DNA of 60,956 nucleotides, counting the filler. It is 7 parts of 7 records of this genome, joined end to end, with 100 filler letters (N's around TTAATTAATTAA, not from the genome) between each part and the next. Parts side by side here need not be neighbours in the genome. Positions count along the whole stretch, not along the records: positions 21,284 to 36,729 come from SRR31156797_36391; positions 36,830 to 43,340 come from SRR31156797_36422; 5 more parts are not named here. The stretch is one strand, 5' to 3'. Shown here piece by piece: positions 30,393 through 40,300 of the stretch. The notes beneath the pieces are model-generated. The model was not told the origin of the DNA, made no database searches, and saw only the letters and a program-made list of their open reading frames with translations. The first letter of the stretch is position 1, and each line of letters begins with the position of its first letter. Both the position numbers and the translations under genes were made by a program.

Positions 30393-31724
30393 GTGGCCCA
30401 TACGATTGAAACAGAGGAGTCAAAAACCGATAAATTCATACCCGACGACTATTTTGAGTTCAAGGCGAAAATCCATGAACGCCTCCTGGATATCGTGGAT
30501 CTTTCCATCATCGATACCATGGATCCGGATGAACTGGTCCGGCAGATTAAACGGGTGACAACAAATATATTGAGGGAGCAGTCCGATGACATGCCCCTGA
30601 ACCTGTCGGAAAGGGAAAAAATATTATCTGAGATCATCGATGAAGTCATGGGGTTGGGGCCACTGGAACCCTTTTTAAAAGACCCCACCATCTCGGATAT
30701 CCTGGTCAATTCCTATAAGCATATCTATGTTGAGCGGTTCGGGAAAATCGAGTCCACGGCTTCCCGATTCCGGGATGATGCGCATTTGATGAAAATTATC
30801 GATAAAATCGTCTCTTCTGTGGGACGGCGGATTGACGAGTCAACTCCCATGGTGGATGCCAGGCTTGCCGACGGCTCCCGGGTCAACGTGGTGATCCCCC
30901 CCCTGGCTCTGGACGGTCCCATGGTCTCCATCCGGAGATTCTCTGTTGTCCCCCTTGAACTGGAAGATCTCATAAACAACAAAACCCTGGTTCCTGAATT
31001 CAGCGAGCTTCTCCAGGGCCTGGTCAAAGCCCGGATGAACATTCTTCTTTCCGGGGGGACCGGCAGCGGAAAGACCACCCTGCTCAATATACTGTCCCGT
31101 TTTATCCCGGAAAATGAGCGGATCGTTACCATAGAAGATGCCGCAGAGCTCCAGTTGAAACAGGAACATGTGGTGAGAATGGAGACCCGGCCGGCCAATA
31201 TCGAAGGCAAGGGGGAAATCATCCAGCGGGATTTGGTCAAAAACAGCCTCAGAATGCGGCCGGACAGAATCATCGTCGGGGAGGTCCGGGGGGGGGAATC
31301 CTTTGACATGCTCCAGGCCATGAATACCGGACATGACGGCTCTTTGACCACCATCCATGCCAATACCCCCAGGGATGCCCTCATGCGGCTTGAAACCATG
31401 GTGGCCATGGCCAATTTTGATATTCCGACGGAATTTATAAGGAAATTTATCAGTTCGGCCATAGATATCGTCATCCAGGTGACCCGGCTGGTTGACGGGA
31501 AAAGAAAGCTGATCAGCCTCCAGGAGATCATCGGCATGGAGGGAAATGTCATCACCATGCAGGAAGTTTTTTCCTTTGAACAGACCCGGGTGGATGAAGA
31601 GGGGAATGTAAAAGGGTATTTCCGGTTTAACGGGATCCGGCCAAAATTTCTTGATAAATTCAGAACCGCCGGAATCAATATCCAGAAAAACACATTTGAT
31701 CCCTCTTTCAGGGTTGAGGTGTAA
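30393..31724 (+). CDS. cpaF: Tad secretion ATPase CpaF/TadA
   Basis: GLGPLEP, DARLADGSRVN, GGTGSGKTT, TIEDAAEL, RMRPDRIIVGEVRG, MNTGHDG. Confidence 0.97.
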   Translation: MAHTIETEESKTDKFIPDDYFEFKAKIHERLLDIVDLSIIDTMDPDELVRQIKRVTTNILREQSDDMPLNLSEREKILSEIIDEVMGLGPLEPFLKDPTISDILVNSYKHIYVERFGKIESTASRFRDDAHLMKIIDKIVSSVGRRIDESTPMVDARLADGSRVNVVIPPLALDGPMVSIRRFSVVPLELEDLINNKTLVPEFSELLQGLVKARMNILLSGGTGSGKTTLLNILSRFIPENERIVTIEDAAELQLKQEHVVRMETRPANIEGKGEIIQRDLVKNSLRMRPDRIIVGEVRGGESFDMLQAMNTGHDGSLTTIHANTPRDALMRLETMVAMANFDIPTEFIRKFISSAIDIVIQVTRLVDGKRKLISLQEIIGMEGNVITMQEVFSFEQTRVDEEGNVKGYFRFNGIRPKFLDKFRTAGINIQKNTFDPSFRVEV

Positions 31725-31740
31725 ACAAAGGGATGATGCC

Positions 31741-32703
31741 ATGGATTTCATAATTTTAAGCGCCGTTATATTTCTCATGTCCCTGCTGATTATCGAGCTA
31801 TCCCTCTATGCGTACAGAAATCTTCAGTCCACTAGAAAATCAAAGATCAAAAAAAGACTGAGAAAATATGTAATGGTGGAAGATGAATTCGGAGATATCC
31901 TCAAGCGGCGGAAACTCAGCGATATCCCTTTTTTAAACAGACTTTTGTTCTCTGTTCCCATTGTCTCCAACCTGGACAGACTGGTCATCCAGGCCAATGC
32001 AAAACAGCCCCTCGGGGTTTATGTACTACTGGCATTTTTACTGGGGGCATTGGGGTCCATGGGAACCATGTTCTTTTTTAACAATGGGGTATATGCTGTC
32101 TTTGCAGGACTCATCCTCTTTTTTTCCCCCTATGTATACCTTGTCCGGTTAAGAGATCAGCGGAGCCTGAAATTTGAAAGCCAATTGCATGAGGCCTTGG
32201 ATCTCATTGCCCGGGCCCTGAAGGCCGGCCATTCGTTCACCGCCAGCCTGAAACTGACGGCAGATGAATTCAAGGATCCCCTTGGCACAGAATTCGAAGA
32301 GACCCTGGATGAAATCAATTTCGGGGTCAGTGTGCCGACCGCCCTTAAAAACCTGGCGGACAGGGTGGACTCCAAAGAGATCAAATACTTTGTCATGGCC
32401 GTTATCATCCAGCGGGATACCGGGGGCAACCTTGCCGAACTCATAGAGAGTCTGGCCCATATTGTCCGGGAACGGTTCAAGTTTGAGGGAAAGGTCAGGG
32501 TCTTGTCGGCAGAAGGCCGTATGTCTGCCGTGGTGCTTATCCTGATCCCGCTTTTAATCGGCGCCTGGCTCCAATTTTCAAGCCCGGAATTCATGAGGCC
32601 CCTGTTTGAAGAGCCCATGGGCCGGTTCCTTTTAGGTATCGCTTCCGTCATGATGATTGTCGGGGCTGTGGTGATGAAAAAAATGGTTAAAATAGAAGTC
32701 TAA
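31741..32703 (+). CDS. tadB: TadB inner-membrane platform protein
   Basis: ALKAGHSF, IQRDTGGNLAE, SAEGRMS; start placed at ATG 31741. Confidence 0.93.
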   Translation: MDFIILSAVIFLMSLLIIELSLYAYRNLQSTRKSKIKKRLRKYVMVEDEFGDILKRRKLSDIPFLNRLLFSVPIVSNLDRLVIQANAKQPLGVYVLLAFLLGALGSMGTMFFFNNGVYAVFAGLILFFSPYVYLVRLRDQRSLKFESQLHEALDLIARALKAGHSFTASLKLTADEFKDPLGTEFEETLDEINFGVSVPTALKNLADRVDSKEIKYFVMAVIIQRDTGGNLAELIESLAHIVRERFKFEGKVRVLSAEGRMSAVVLILIPLLIGAWLQFSSPEFMRPLFEEPMGRFLLGIASVMMIVGAVVMKKMVKIEV

Positions 32704-32718
32704 TTTACAGGGAATTTT

Positions 32719-33687
32719 ATGACGGCCTTTTTAAATCAAAATATCTATTTCATCGGTTTTATCCTGTTTTTCCTGGCATTTTTCATCTTCTGCCTGGGCA
32801 TCATCCAGTACCTGAATTCCCGGAAAACCAAAGAAACGATCATAAGAAAAATCCGGCACGGGGGATATGACAAGGCGCCCCCCCCTGATCCGGACACCCA
32901 TTCTGAAGCCCCTTCATCCGGGACCAGTCCTTTAATCGCTTTTTTTAGCCTGTTCAATTACGGTCAAAAGAAATCCGCTGAAAAAGACGCCTCCGTCAAA
33001 CTCAAATTTTTAAGGGCCGGAATCAACTGGAAAAATATTGATGCCGCATTTATGGGCGCAAAATTATTCTGTCCTATTTTTTTTGTGGCGGTGTTTATTT
33101 TTCTGAAAATTTTCGTTTTCAAGGTCATGGAGGATCACTGGATGATTATCATCCTTGTCTCCCTTGGATTGTCCGGCTTTTACCTGCCTGAAATCTGGCT
33201 CAAGCAAAAAACCGACAAGCGGAAAACAGCCATATTCAAAGGATTGCCGGACGCCCTTGATCTTCTGGTGGTCTGCGTGGAAGCAGGCATGGGGCTTGAC
33301 AGCGCCATCCACCGGGTGGGAAAGGAATTGTCGGCCACCTGCCCGGACCTGAGCCGGGAATTCGCCCTGATGAACCTGGAACTAAGAGCTGGCAAACCCC
33401 GTCAGGATGCCCTGAGGAACCTTGCAGACCGGACCGGCATAGAAGAGATGAGCAGCCTGGTCACCCTTTTGATCCAGACCGATAAATTCGGCACCAGCAT
33501 TTCAACCGCCTTAAAGGTCTTTGCCGAATCCTTCAGGACCAAACGGTTTCAAAAGGCAGAGGAGATCGCCGCCAAACTCCCGGTCACCATGTTAATCCCC
33601 CTGATGGTCTTTATCTTTCCGGCCCTGTTTGTGGTCATCCTGGGCCCTGCGGCCATAACCATTTACCAGAATCTTATTTTAAAATGA
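32719..33687 (+). CDS. tadC: TadC inner-membrane platform protein
   Basis: LPDALDLLVVCVEAGMGLD, QTDKFGTSI, AEEIAAKLPV...FIFPALF...LGPA. Confidence 0.94.
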   Translation: MTAFLNQNIYFIGFILFFLAFFIFCLGIIQYLNSRKTKETIIRKIRHGGYDKAPPPDPDTHSEAPSSGTSPLIAFFSLFNYGQKKSAEKDASVKLKFLRAGINWKNIDAAFMGAKLFCPIFFVAVFIFLKIFVFKVMEDHWMIIILVSLGLSGFYLPEIWLKQKTDKRKTAIFKGLPDALDLLVVCVEAGMGLDSAIHRVGKELSATCPDLSREFALMNLELRAGKPRQDALRNLADRTGIEEMSSLVTLLIQTDKFGTSISTALKVFAESFRTKRFQKAEEIAAKLPVTMLIPLMVFIFPALFVVILGPAAITIYQNLILK

Positions 33688-34649
33688 ACTCTTTTATCAA
33701 AAAAACCTGTCTGCTTGTGTCCACGCTTTTTTTGTTTTTCGGGGGGGCGGGCTGCAGTTCAAAGTCCATATCACTGACCCCTGAGGTCACCTACGGCAAC
33801 CCCACCCATGACCATGTCAAAGACCTGCCCCAGGTTCAATACCAGGCCCATGAAAAAGAGGGGCTGAAAGAACTGCCTGAAAAATCAGCCGATGAATACG
33901 AGGTATTGGGGGATGCCCTGCTGGTCAGGGGGGAATACGCCATGGCCTATATGCAGTATGAAAAATCCCTTGAAAAAAACAGAAACAATATCCGCATAGA
34001 GTACAAAAAAGGGCTGGTATTTCTTAAAGGGAAAAAACTGGAAGACGCCCGAAAACAATTTGAACTGGTTATCCAAAAACAGCCCGACCACGCCCCTGCC
34101 CATGAAGGCCTGGGACGGATACATCAATTAAATAAAAATTATGGTGCCGCCAAAACATATTTTCAAAAGGCCGTTGATCTGGATCCCCTGCTCTGGAATT
34201 CCTACAATCGGCTGGGCAATATTTATGACGAGGAAAAAAAACATGACCAGGCAGCCAAAGAATACCGGACAGCGATTACGCTAAAGCCGGATGCCGGGTT
34301 TATCTACAATAATCTGGGGTATTCCCTGCACCTGGCAGGAAAGAACCAAGAGGCTGTGAAGGCATTTTATAAGGCGCTGGAATCAAACTATTCCCATAAA
34401 AAAGTATATAATAACCTGGGGATGGTTTTTGCCGATATGGCCCTTTATGACAAAGCCTTTGAAGCATTCCTAAAAGGCGGAACCGAGGCGGCAGCCTACA
34501 ACAACCTCGGCGTCGGGTATTTAAAAAACGATGAAATTAATAAGGCGGCAGACTGCTTTTCCAGGGCAATTGAAATCAGTCCCCGATTCTATGGTGTTGC
34601 AAATGAAAACCTGAACCAGTGCAGGGCGCTGCAGAAAAAATCCAATTAA
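33684..34649 (+). CDS. TPR lipoprotein, TadD-like
   Basis: Lipobox GAGC and multiple YNNLG TPR motifs; follows tadC. Confidence 0.8.
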   Translation: MNSFIKKTCLLVSTLFLFFGGAGCSSKSISLTPEVTYGNPTHDHVKDLPQVQYQAHEKEGLKELPEKSADEYEVLGDALLVRGEYAMAYMQYEKSLEKNRNNIRIEYKKGLVFLKGKKLEDARKQFELVIQKQPDHAPAHEGLGRIHQLNKNYGAAKTYFQKAVDLDPLLWNSYNRLGNIYDEEKKHDQAAKEYRTAITLKPDAGFIYNNLGYSLHLAGKNQEAVKAFYKALESNYSHKKVYNNLGMVFADMALYDKAFEAFLKGGTEAAAYNNLGVGYLKNDEINKAADCFSRAIEISPRFYGVANENLNQCRALQKKSN

Positions 34650-34665
34650 ATGAAGGATAGGAATC

Positions 34666-35976
34666 ATGGAAAAAAAATTCACGGGAATACCGAACATCCA
34701 ATTTTTTTCGGTCATCATTGCCGCCATCTTCATATTCTCCGGCTGCTCATCCATGGGCAGTTGGTTTTCATTTTCTGAATCAAAGGTGAAAGGATTTGAA
34801 CCGGATGAGGTGAAAAAATTCATGGCCACGGTCAAACCGGCCCATGGGGATACCCAGGGCCGTTACAGGCTGGCCCGGCATTTCCAGAAACTGGGACGGG
34901 ATGAGATTGCCGTTGAGGAATTGACAGCGGTTCTGAAAATAAACCCAGGGCATTATAATGCATATAATGCCCTGGGGGTTTCCTACGACCGCCTCAAAAA
35001 ATTTGATCTTGCGGCAGATGCCTACAGGGCGGCGTTAAAATTAAATCCCGACTTGGACTATGTATACAATAATCTTGGCTATTCCAACCTTCTAAGGGGG
35101 AATTTACACGAAGCCGCACTCTCATTTGAACAGGCCATTCTTTTAAACGGCCAGAATAAAACATATAAAAATAATTTATCCCTGGTACGGGCAAGGTTAG
35201 GAAAGGACCAAGCAACGCCTTCATCAGAACAGCCAGCCCTGGCAGGTCAAAAAGCCGATGTCCATCCAGCGGGCCAAGACGAGAATTTGGCACATCAAGA
35301 CCGGATTGATGGAAAATCATCCCACAAGCACAGTGAAAAAAATATGTATTACGCAGTTCAACTCGGGGTGTACACCAATATCGAAAATGCAGAGCGCCGT
35401 TTGAAAAAAGCCATAAAACAAGGGTATGACTGCCCCTATATGATAAAAGTTGAAAAAGAAAATCATTATAAGCCCTATTACAGGGTTCGCTTCGGAAAAT
35501 TCGACCATAAACAGGAGGCAGAATCAATCGGTGAAAAAATCCTGGACGACAACGGGAATCCGGCATTCACTGTCGTTGAAAACTATCCCGTCACTGTATT
35601 TTGCACAGATCCCCAAAACAGATGTCAGGATATGGAATATAAACATGCACTGATGGAAAAGAAATACACCATTGAAATTGCCAATGGCAACGGTGTTAAC
35701 CTGATGGCAAGAAAAGTGGGGAGGTTTTTGACCCATAAAGGGTATTATGTGAATCAATTGTCCAATGCATCTAATTTTAACCACGACCGGACGATTGTTT
35801 ATTATCATCCGGGTTTTTACGGCCAGGCCCGGAATCTGAGCAGGCAGATCCCGGGATTTCAAAAAAACGGAAAACTAGTGGAATCCAAAAAGATTAAAAA
35901 AGACATAAAAATACTGATCGGTAAAGACGTCATCCCTTACTATGAAAAATTTACAACACCGTCAAAAAACGCATAA
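34666..35976 (+). CDS. Lipoprotein with TPR, SPOR and LytR C-terminal domains
   Basis: Lipobox FSGC; AYNALG/YNNLG TPRs; SPOR YAVQLGVY...YYRVRFG; LytR_C IEIANGNGV...T.VYY...ILIGKD. Confidence 0.8.
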   Translation: MEKKFTGIPNIQFFSVIIAAIFIFSGCSSMGSWFSFSESKVKGFEPDEVKKFMATVKPAHGDTQGRYRLARHFQKLGRDEIAVEELTAVLKINPGHYNAYNALGVSYDRLKKFDLAADAYRAALKLNPDLDYVYNNLGYSNLLRGNLHEAALSFEQAILLNGQNKTYKNNLSLVRARLGKDQATPSSEQPALAGQKADVHPAGQDENLAHQDRIDGKSSHKHSEKNMYYAVQLGVYTNIENAERRLKKAIKQGYDCPYMIKVEKENHYKPYYRVRFGKFDHKQEAESIGEKILDDNGNPAFTVVENYPVTVFCTDPQNRCQDMEYKHALMEKKYTIEIANGNGVNLMARKVGRFLTHKGYYVNQLSNASNFNHDRTIVYYHPGFYGQARNLSRQIPGFQKNGKLVESKKIKKDIKILIGKDVIPYYEKFTTPSKNA

Positions 35977-36018
35977 AAAGCATTCAAAAACAAGTCTCTT
36001 CATGATCGTGGGGAAATT

Positions 36019-36522
36019 ATGAGCATGCGCGATATCAGTCCGGAAATTATATTGATAATCGAATGGGGCATTGTCCCCTTGATTCTTATTGGAACCCTTG
36101 CCTATTTTTTATTCTCTACTCCGGGAAAAGACGCCTCGGACAGAATTAGGAATTCATTTTCTTCGGGTAAATTGGCAGGGTTAATCATTTTTGCCCTTTT
36201 TGTTTTAAGTCAAAAAAACAGAGAACTCTCTTTTTCTCTTAATATGCCGGTATATGATTTCAATCTGTTGATTGTATCTGTTTCCATTGCAGCCGGATTT
36301 ACTTTTTCATGGTTTTTCAATTTAATTAAGGAAAAAATTTATATCGGCCTGTATACACTAGTCTCTGTTGCGTTAATTTCGGCGGCCATCTACGGTTATC
36401 TCTTTATCCAAAGTGTCAGAAGCCATCTTGTTTTTGTGGCCATGGGAATAATGTTGGGCATCCTGATACATGCCATTTTTTTCCCAAAAGGAACCCCAAT
36501 AAAAGACGACAAATCATCCTAA
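36019..36522 (+). CDS. Hypothetical membrane protein (about 5 TM)
   Basis: 167-aa hydrophobic ORF co-directional with the tad genes. Confidence 0.65.
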   Translation: MSMRDISPEIILIIEWGIVPLILIGTLAYFLFSTPGKDASDRIRNSFSSGKLAGLIIFALFVLSQKNRELSFSLNMPVYDFNLLIVSVSIAAGFTFSWFFNLIKEKIYIGLYTLVSVALISAAIYGYLFIQSVRSHLVFVAMGIMLGILIHAIFFPKGTPIKDDKSS

Positions 36523-36729
36523 CGGCAGGGTATCATGGAAAATTGATGATGAGAAAGACCTGCAAAAGTTCCGGGCTGTTTTCCTGACAACGGCCGACAC
36601 GGTATGGTCCACCCTTCTGACCGCCCCCCCCTATTGCCGGACGATCATTTGCAGGTATCCGGATCTTTGGTCTTTTTATATCCGTCCAGAAGCAGGGAGA
36701 GATCCTCCACGGAAAGACTGCGCACCTGG

Positions 36730-36829
36730 NNNNNNNNNNNNNNNNNNNNNNNNNNNNNNNNNNNNNNNNNNNNTTAATTAATTAANNNNNNNNNNNNNNN
36801 NNNNNNNNNNNNNNNNNNNNNNNNNNNNN
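36730..36829. other. Artificial contig linker
   Basis: N run with central TTAATTAATTAA. Confidence 0.98.
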
Positions 36830-37308
36830 ATGGTGAAGATTATGGAATGTAAATTTATCGTTTGCCCAGGGTTTTAAATAATTTGGCATTTAAGGGGATA
36901 AATGAAACGTCTCTCCATATATGAACCGCTCAAGTTCACAAAAAAAAAGACTTTATGAATAAAGATTTAAGCTTATCTCACATTTCATAATTGACCTGGT
37001 CTCAATTATTTTTCAGGGGCTTGATGGTCAAAACTATTAATAATAGTCCAGGCTTCTTGGATAAACGTTGGGAAGTTTCAATTTCATGATAATCTGTTGT
37101 ACAAAAGTTTAAGATACCAATACAATCCGGGACGGCAATTCAACGGCTCACTTACTCAGAAAATACATGTGTTTTTGATTGTGGTTCGTGTATGCACTTT
37201 AGTCGTTTTTTTGTTGCATTTTTTTGTCTGGAGTGATTACTTCACTTTATGTGATATTACACTTATAATATCAGATCATCATTAGCATCAGTCGTATATC
37301 CAGCAGCT

Positions 37309-40300
37309 ATGCGGAATCGTTCAACTGCTTTTTACCACGATCATAGACAAAGGATTTCTCTCTTGGCAAAATCTTCAAAAATTAAGCCTTCACAACTAAC
37401 ACGGACAGGGTACACATACCAGGACCTTATGTGTCTTCGTGTGCTGATAAATTGGTTTCATGATCCCGAGAAATACCAATGGATAAGCATTGAGGGAAAT
37501 AAAGAGTTAAGCAATATTAAAAGCCTTGATGATGTAATTTGTTTCACAGATAGTGGTGAGTATGAACTCTATCAAGTCAAATTCACAATTGATTCAGATC
37601 GTGATGATCTGAGGCTTGATTTTGACTGGTTACTAAAGAAAAAGCCTAAAGGCACTTCCCTAATACAAAAATGGTCTGCTGACCTTGAAAGGTTTGGCAA
37701 GTCAAATGTGATATCTATTGCTAAACTTATAACAAATAGAAAGCCCGACACAGTTCTATCTAATTGTCTTGATGGAAATAAAATTGATTACAATCTTGTT
37801 TCTGATGAAATAAAAGCAAAAGTATCAGCCCAGCTCGGCGGCGAACGGAAAGCTATAATATTTTTCGAGAACCTCATTTTTGAGCACAGCCAACAAGAAA
37901 TCGATGATTTAGAACTGAAGTTACACGATTCATTAGTACCCGACCATGCAAATAATGAAAGCTGGCTTCAGTTATTAAAAACGGTTGAACGTTGGGCTAC
38001 ACGAAAAAACGAGCCAGCACCAGATAGCAAAATTTACCTTGAGCATATACATGAGATTCTATCTCTTGGATCTAAAAGGACTATATCCCAATTTTTTGAG
38101 GTGCCAGGGGGTTACATACCTCCAGCAGATGAATTTCATAAACAAATACTTGATAGGACCGCTAAGTCTGGTTGCTTAGTTATCTCCGGACTTCCAGGTA
38201 TGGGCAAAAGCACCTACCTGTCTTTCTTAACCGATCAACTGATAGAGAATAAGACGCCTGTCATTCGGCATCATTACTATTTATCACCTCAGTTTATTGG
38301 TGACAGGATTGCCTTCACTAATGCAGCGCAGTCGTTACAAAGCCAGATCAAGACGCTATATCCTTTCGACTTTAACAACGAAAAGCTCGATCCACAAAAA
38401 TTAGAAACGTGGATAAATAAAGCTGCGGACAAAGCTGCTGAAAGTAATGAAACACTAGTCGTTATAATTGATGGTTTAGACCATGTTTATCGTGAAAGGT
38501 CTGATATCAGCCAACTTGAACATCTGGTTAATCGGCTCGAACCCCTTAAAGAAAAAATTTTCTTGCTTTTTGGAACTCAGCCAATAAGTGACGAGTATTT
38601 GCCAAATTCACTATTACGTTCAGCACCAAGGGAGAGTTCCTGGATCGATATCCCTGCAATGGGGTTAGATGCCATTAAGTCAAGAATGGATTTCTTAGTA
38701 TATTGTGAAGAAATCGATGTTGTTGGTGAGGATGATCATCAACGAAGCGAAATAGTCGAAATTTCAAAGGCATTGCTGGGAATTTCACATGGATATCCAC
38801 TGCATATAATTTATTCATTAAACAGCTTAAAGCTGGCTCAAGGTAGAATTAATAAATACGACGTGGAAAGACTTCCAACCTGTCCAGATGGTGATATACA
38901 TGCATACTATGAGAATTTATGGGTATCACTATCAGAAAGTGCAAAAGACATTCTCCTTCTCATAGCGAATGCTGATTTTTCATGGCCGAATGAAATGCAC
39001 TTGAGTTATTGTTTTGAAGACAGCCTCATTTTTCGAAACAGCTTTTCTGAAATTCAGCATCTCATAGAAAAGAGGCTAAGTGGCATAACCCCATTTCATG
39101 GCAGCCTATTCGTTTATCTAAAAAGAAAAGATAAATTTCTCCAATCAAAAGAAGAGCTAAATAAGAAAACTCAAGCGTGGATCAATCGACATGCTCCAGA
39201 ATACTGGAAATGGGGCTGGGATTGGATAATAGAAGCAAATCTTGGCAATACAATCCCCCTGCTACAAGGAATTACAAGAGAATGGCTTATACAATCACTC
39301 TGTACAGGTTACCCTTTAGAGCATATAGAACACATTTTCAACGTAGCTGAGTGTATTGTTTTCGACCAAAAACGATATCCTGAGCTGCTAAGACTTAGGA
39401 GTTTGAAAACGAGGCTACTGAATGGCCCTGAATTCCAAATACAGGACTTTAGTGAATTTTTAGATTGTTCCTTTAGCTGTTCACCTGACACTTTTGGGCT
39501 CTTTTGGCGAGCCGATAATCTGAGAATTATTCCAGATAATGATATCGTAATAGTTGCCAAACACATGCAAGGAAAAAATGAAAGGATCGTTAATACCTGT
39601 GCAAAGGAGATATATCGCAGGATACGGTTTTATGCCCGGTTGGAGGACTCCAATCATTATCAGACATTAAACAGTCTTGTTGATGGCTACCTTCAAGTGT
39701 TAATCAGCTATGACAATCCTGATTTAAACAACATTAGTGAATTTTTTGACAGACTTACTGATAAGTCATCATCTTTCAGTAGAATTGTCGAACTGCTTAT
39801 TGAACACGGCCATAGACATTTACTTCTTGACCTATCCCCTTTTGACATCCCAGAAGAAATATCCTCAAGTATTATTGATGAAATTGTTTTAGCTGCATGC
39901 ATTGAAGGCGTATCGATAGAAGACGCAACTCCAGCTCTTAACGTTTCAAATTCCTATATTGGCTTACTCCATTCATTTTTAACCGGGGAAGATGTCCGGA
40001 CCGATAAGTTTAAGGAATTAGAATGTCCAGAAGACCATGATTCGGCCACCTATAATCTTTTCTATCAATATTTCTTTAACACGCTTATCGCCAGTTTGAA
40101 CAACTTGGGGGAGATTGAAGAACCACAGCTTAATGAACCATCTAATATTGAAGAATTTCTTAAAAATTCATGGCGAACTTTTCAATTTGCATCTTTTAGG
40201 ATTGCCGAACGCATTAAAGCAGAGAACAAATTTGAAATATCTGCACTGTACGACAGCTTTTCTATTCTCAATCAACCTGATCACTTCCTGCTTGGTTACA

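Noticed and set aside
30725-31778. Long minus-strand ORFs (322 and 312 aa)
   Set aside because: Antisense to the conserved cpaF; no recognisable motifs.
36645-36729. Short minus-strand gene end at the contig edge (similar case at 21111-21183)
   Set aside because: Fewer than 30 codons visible; cannot be identified.
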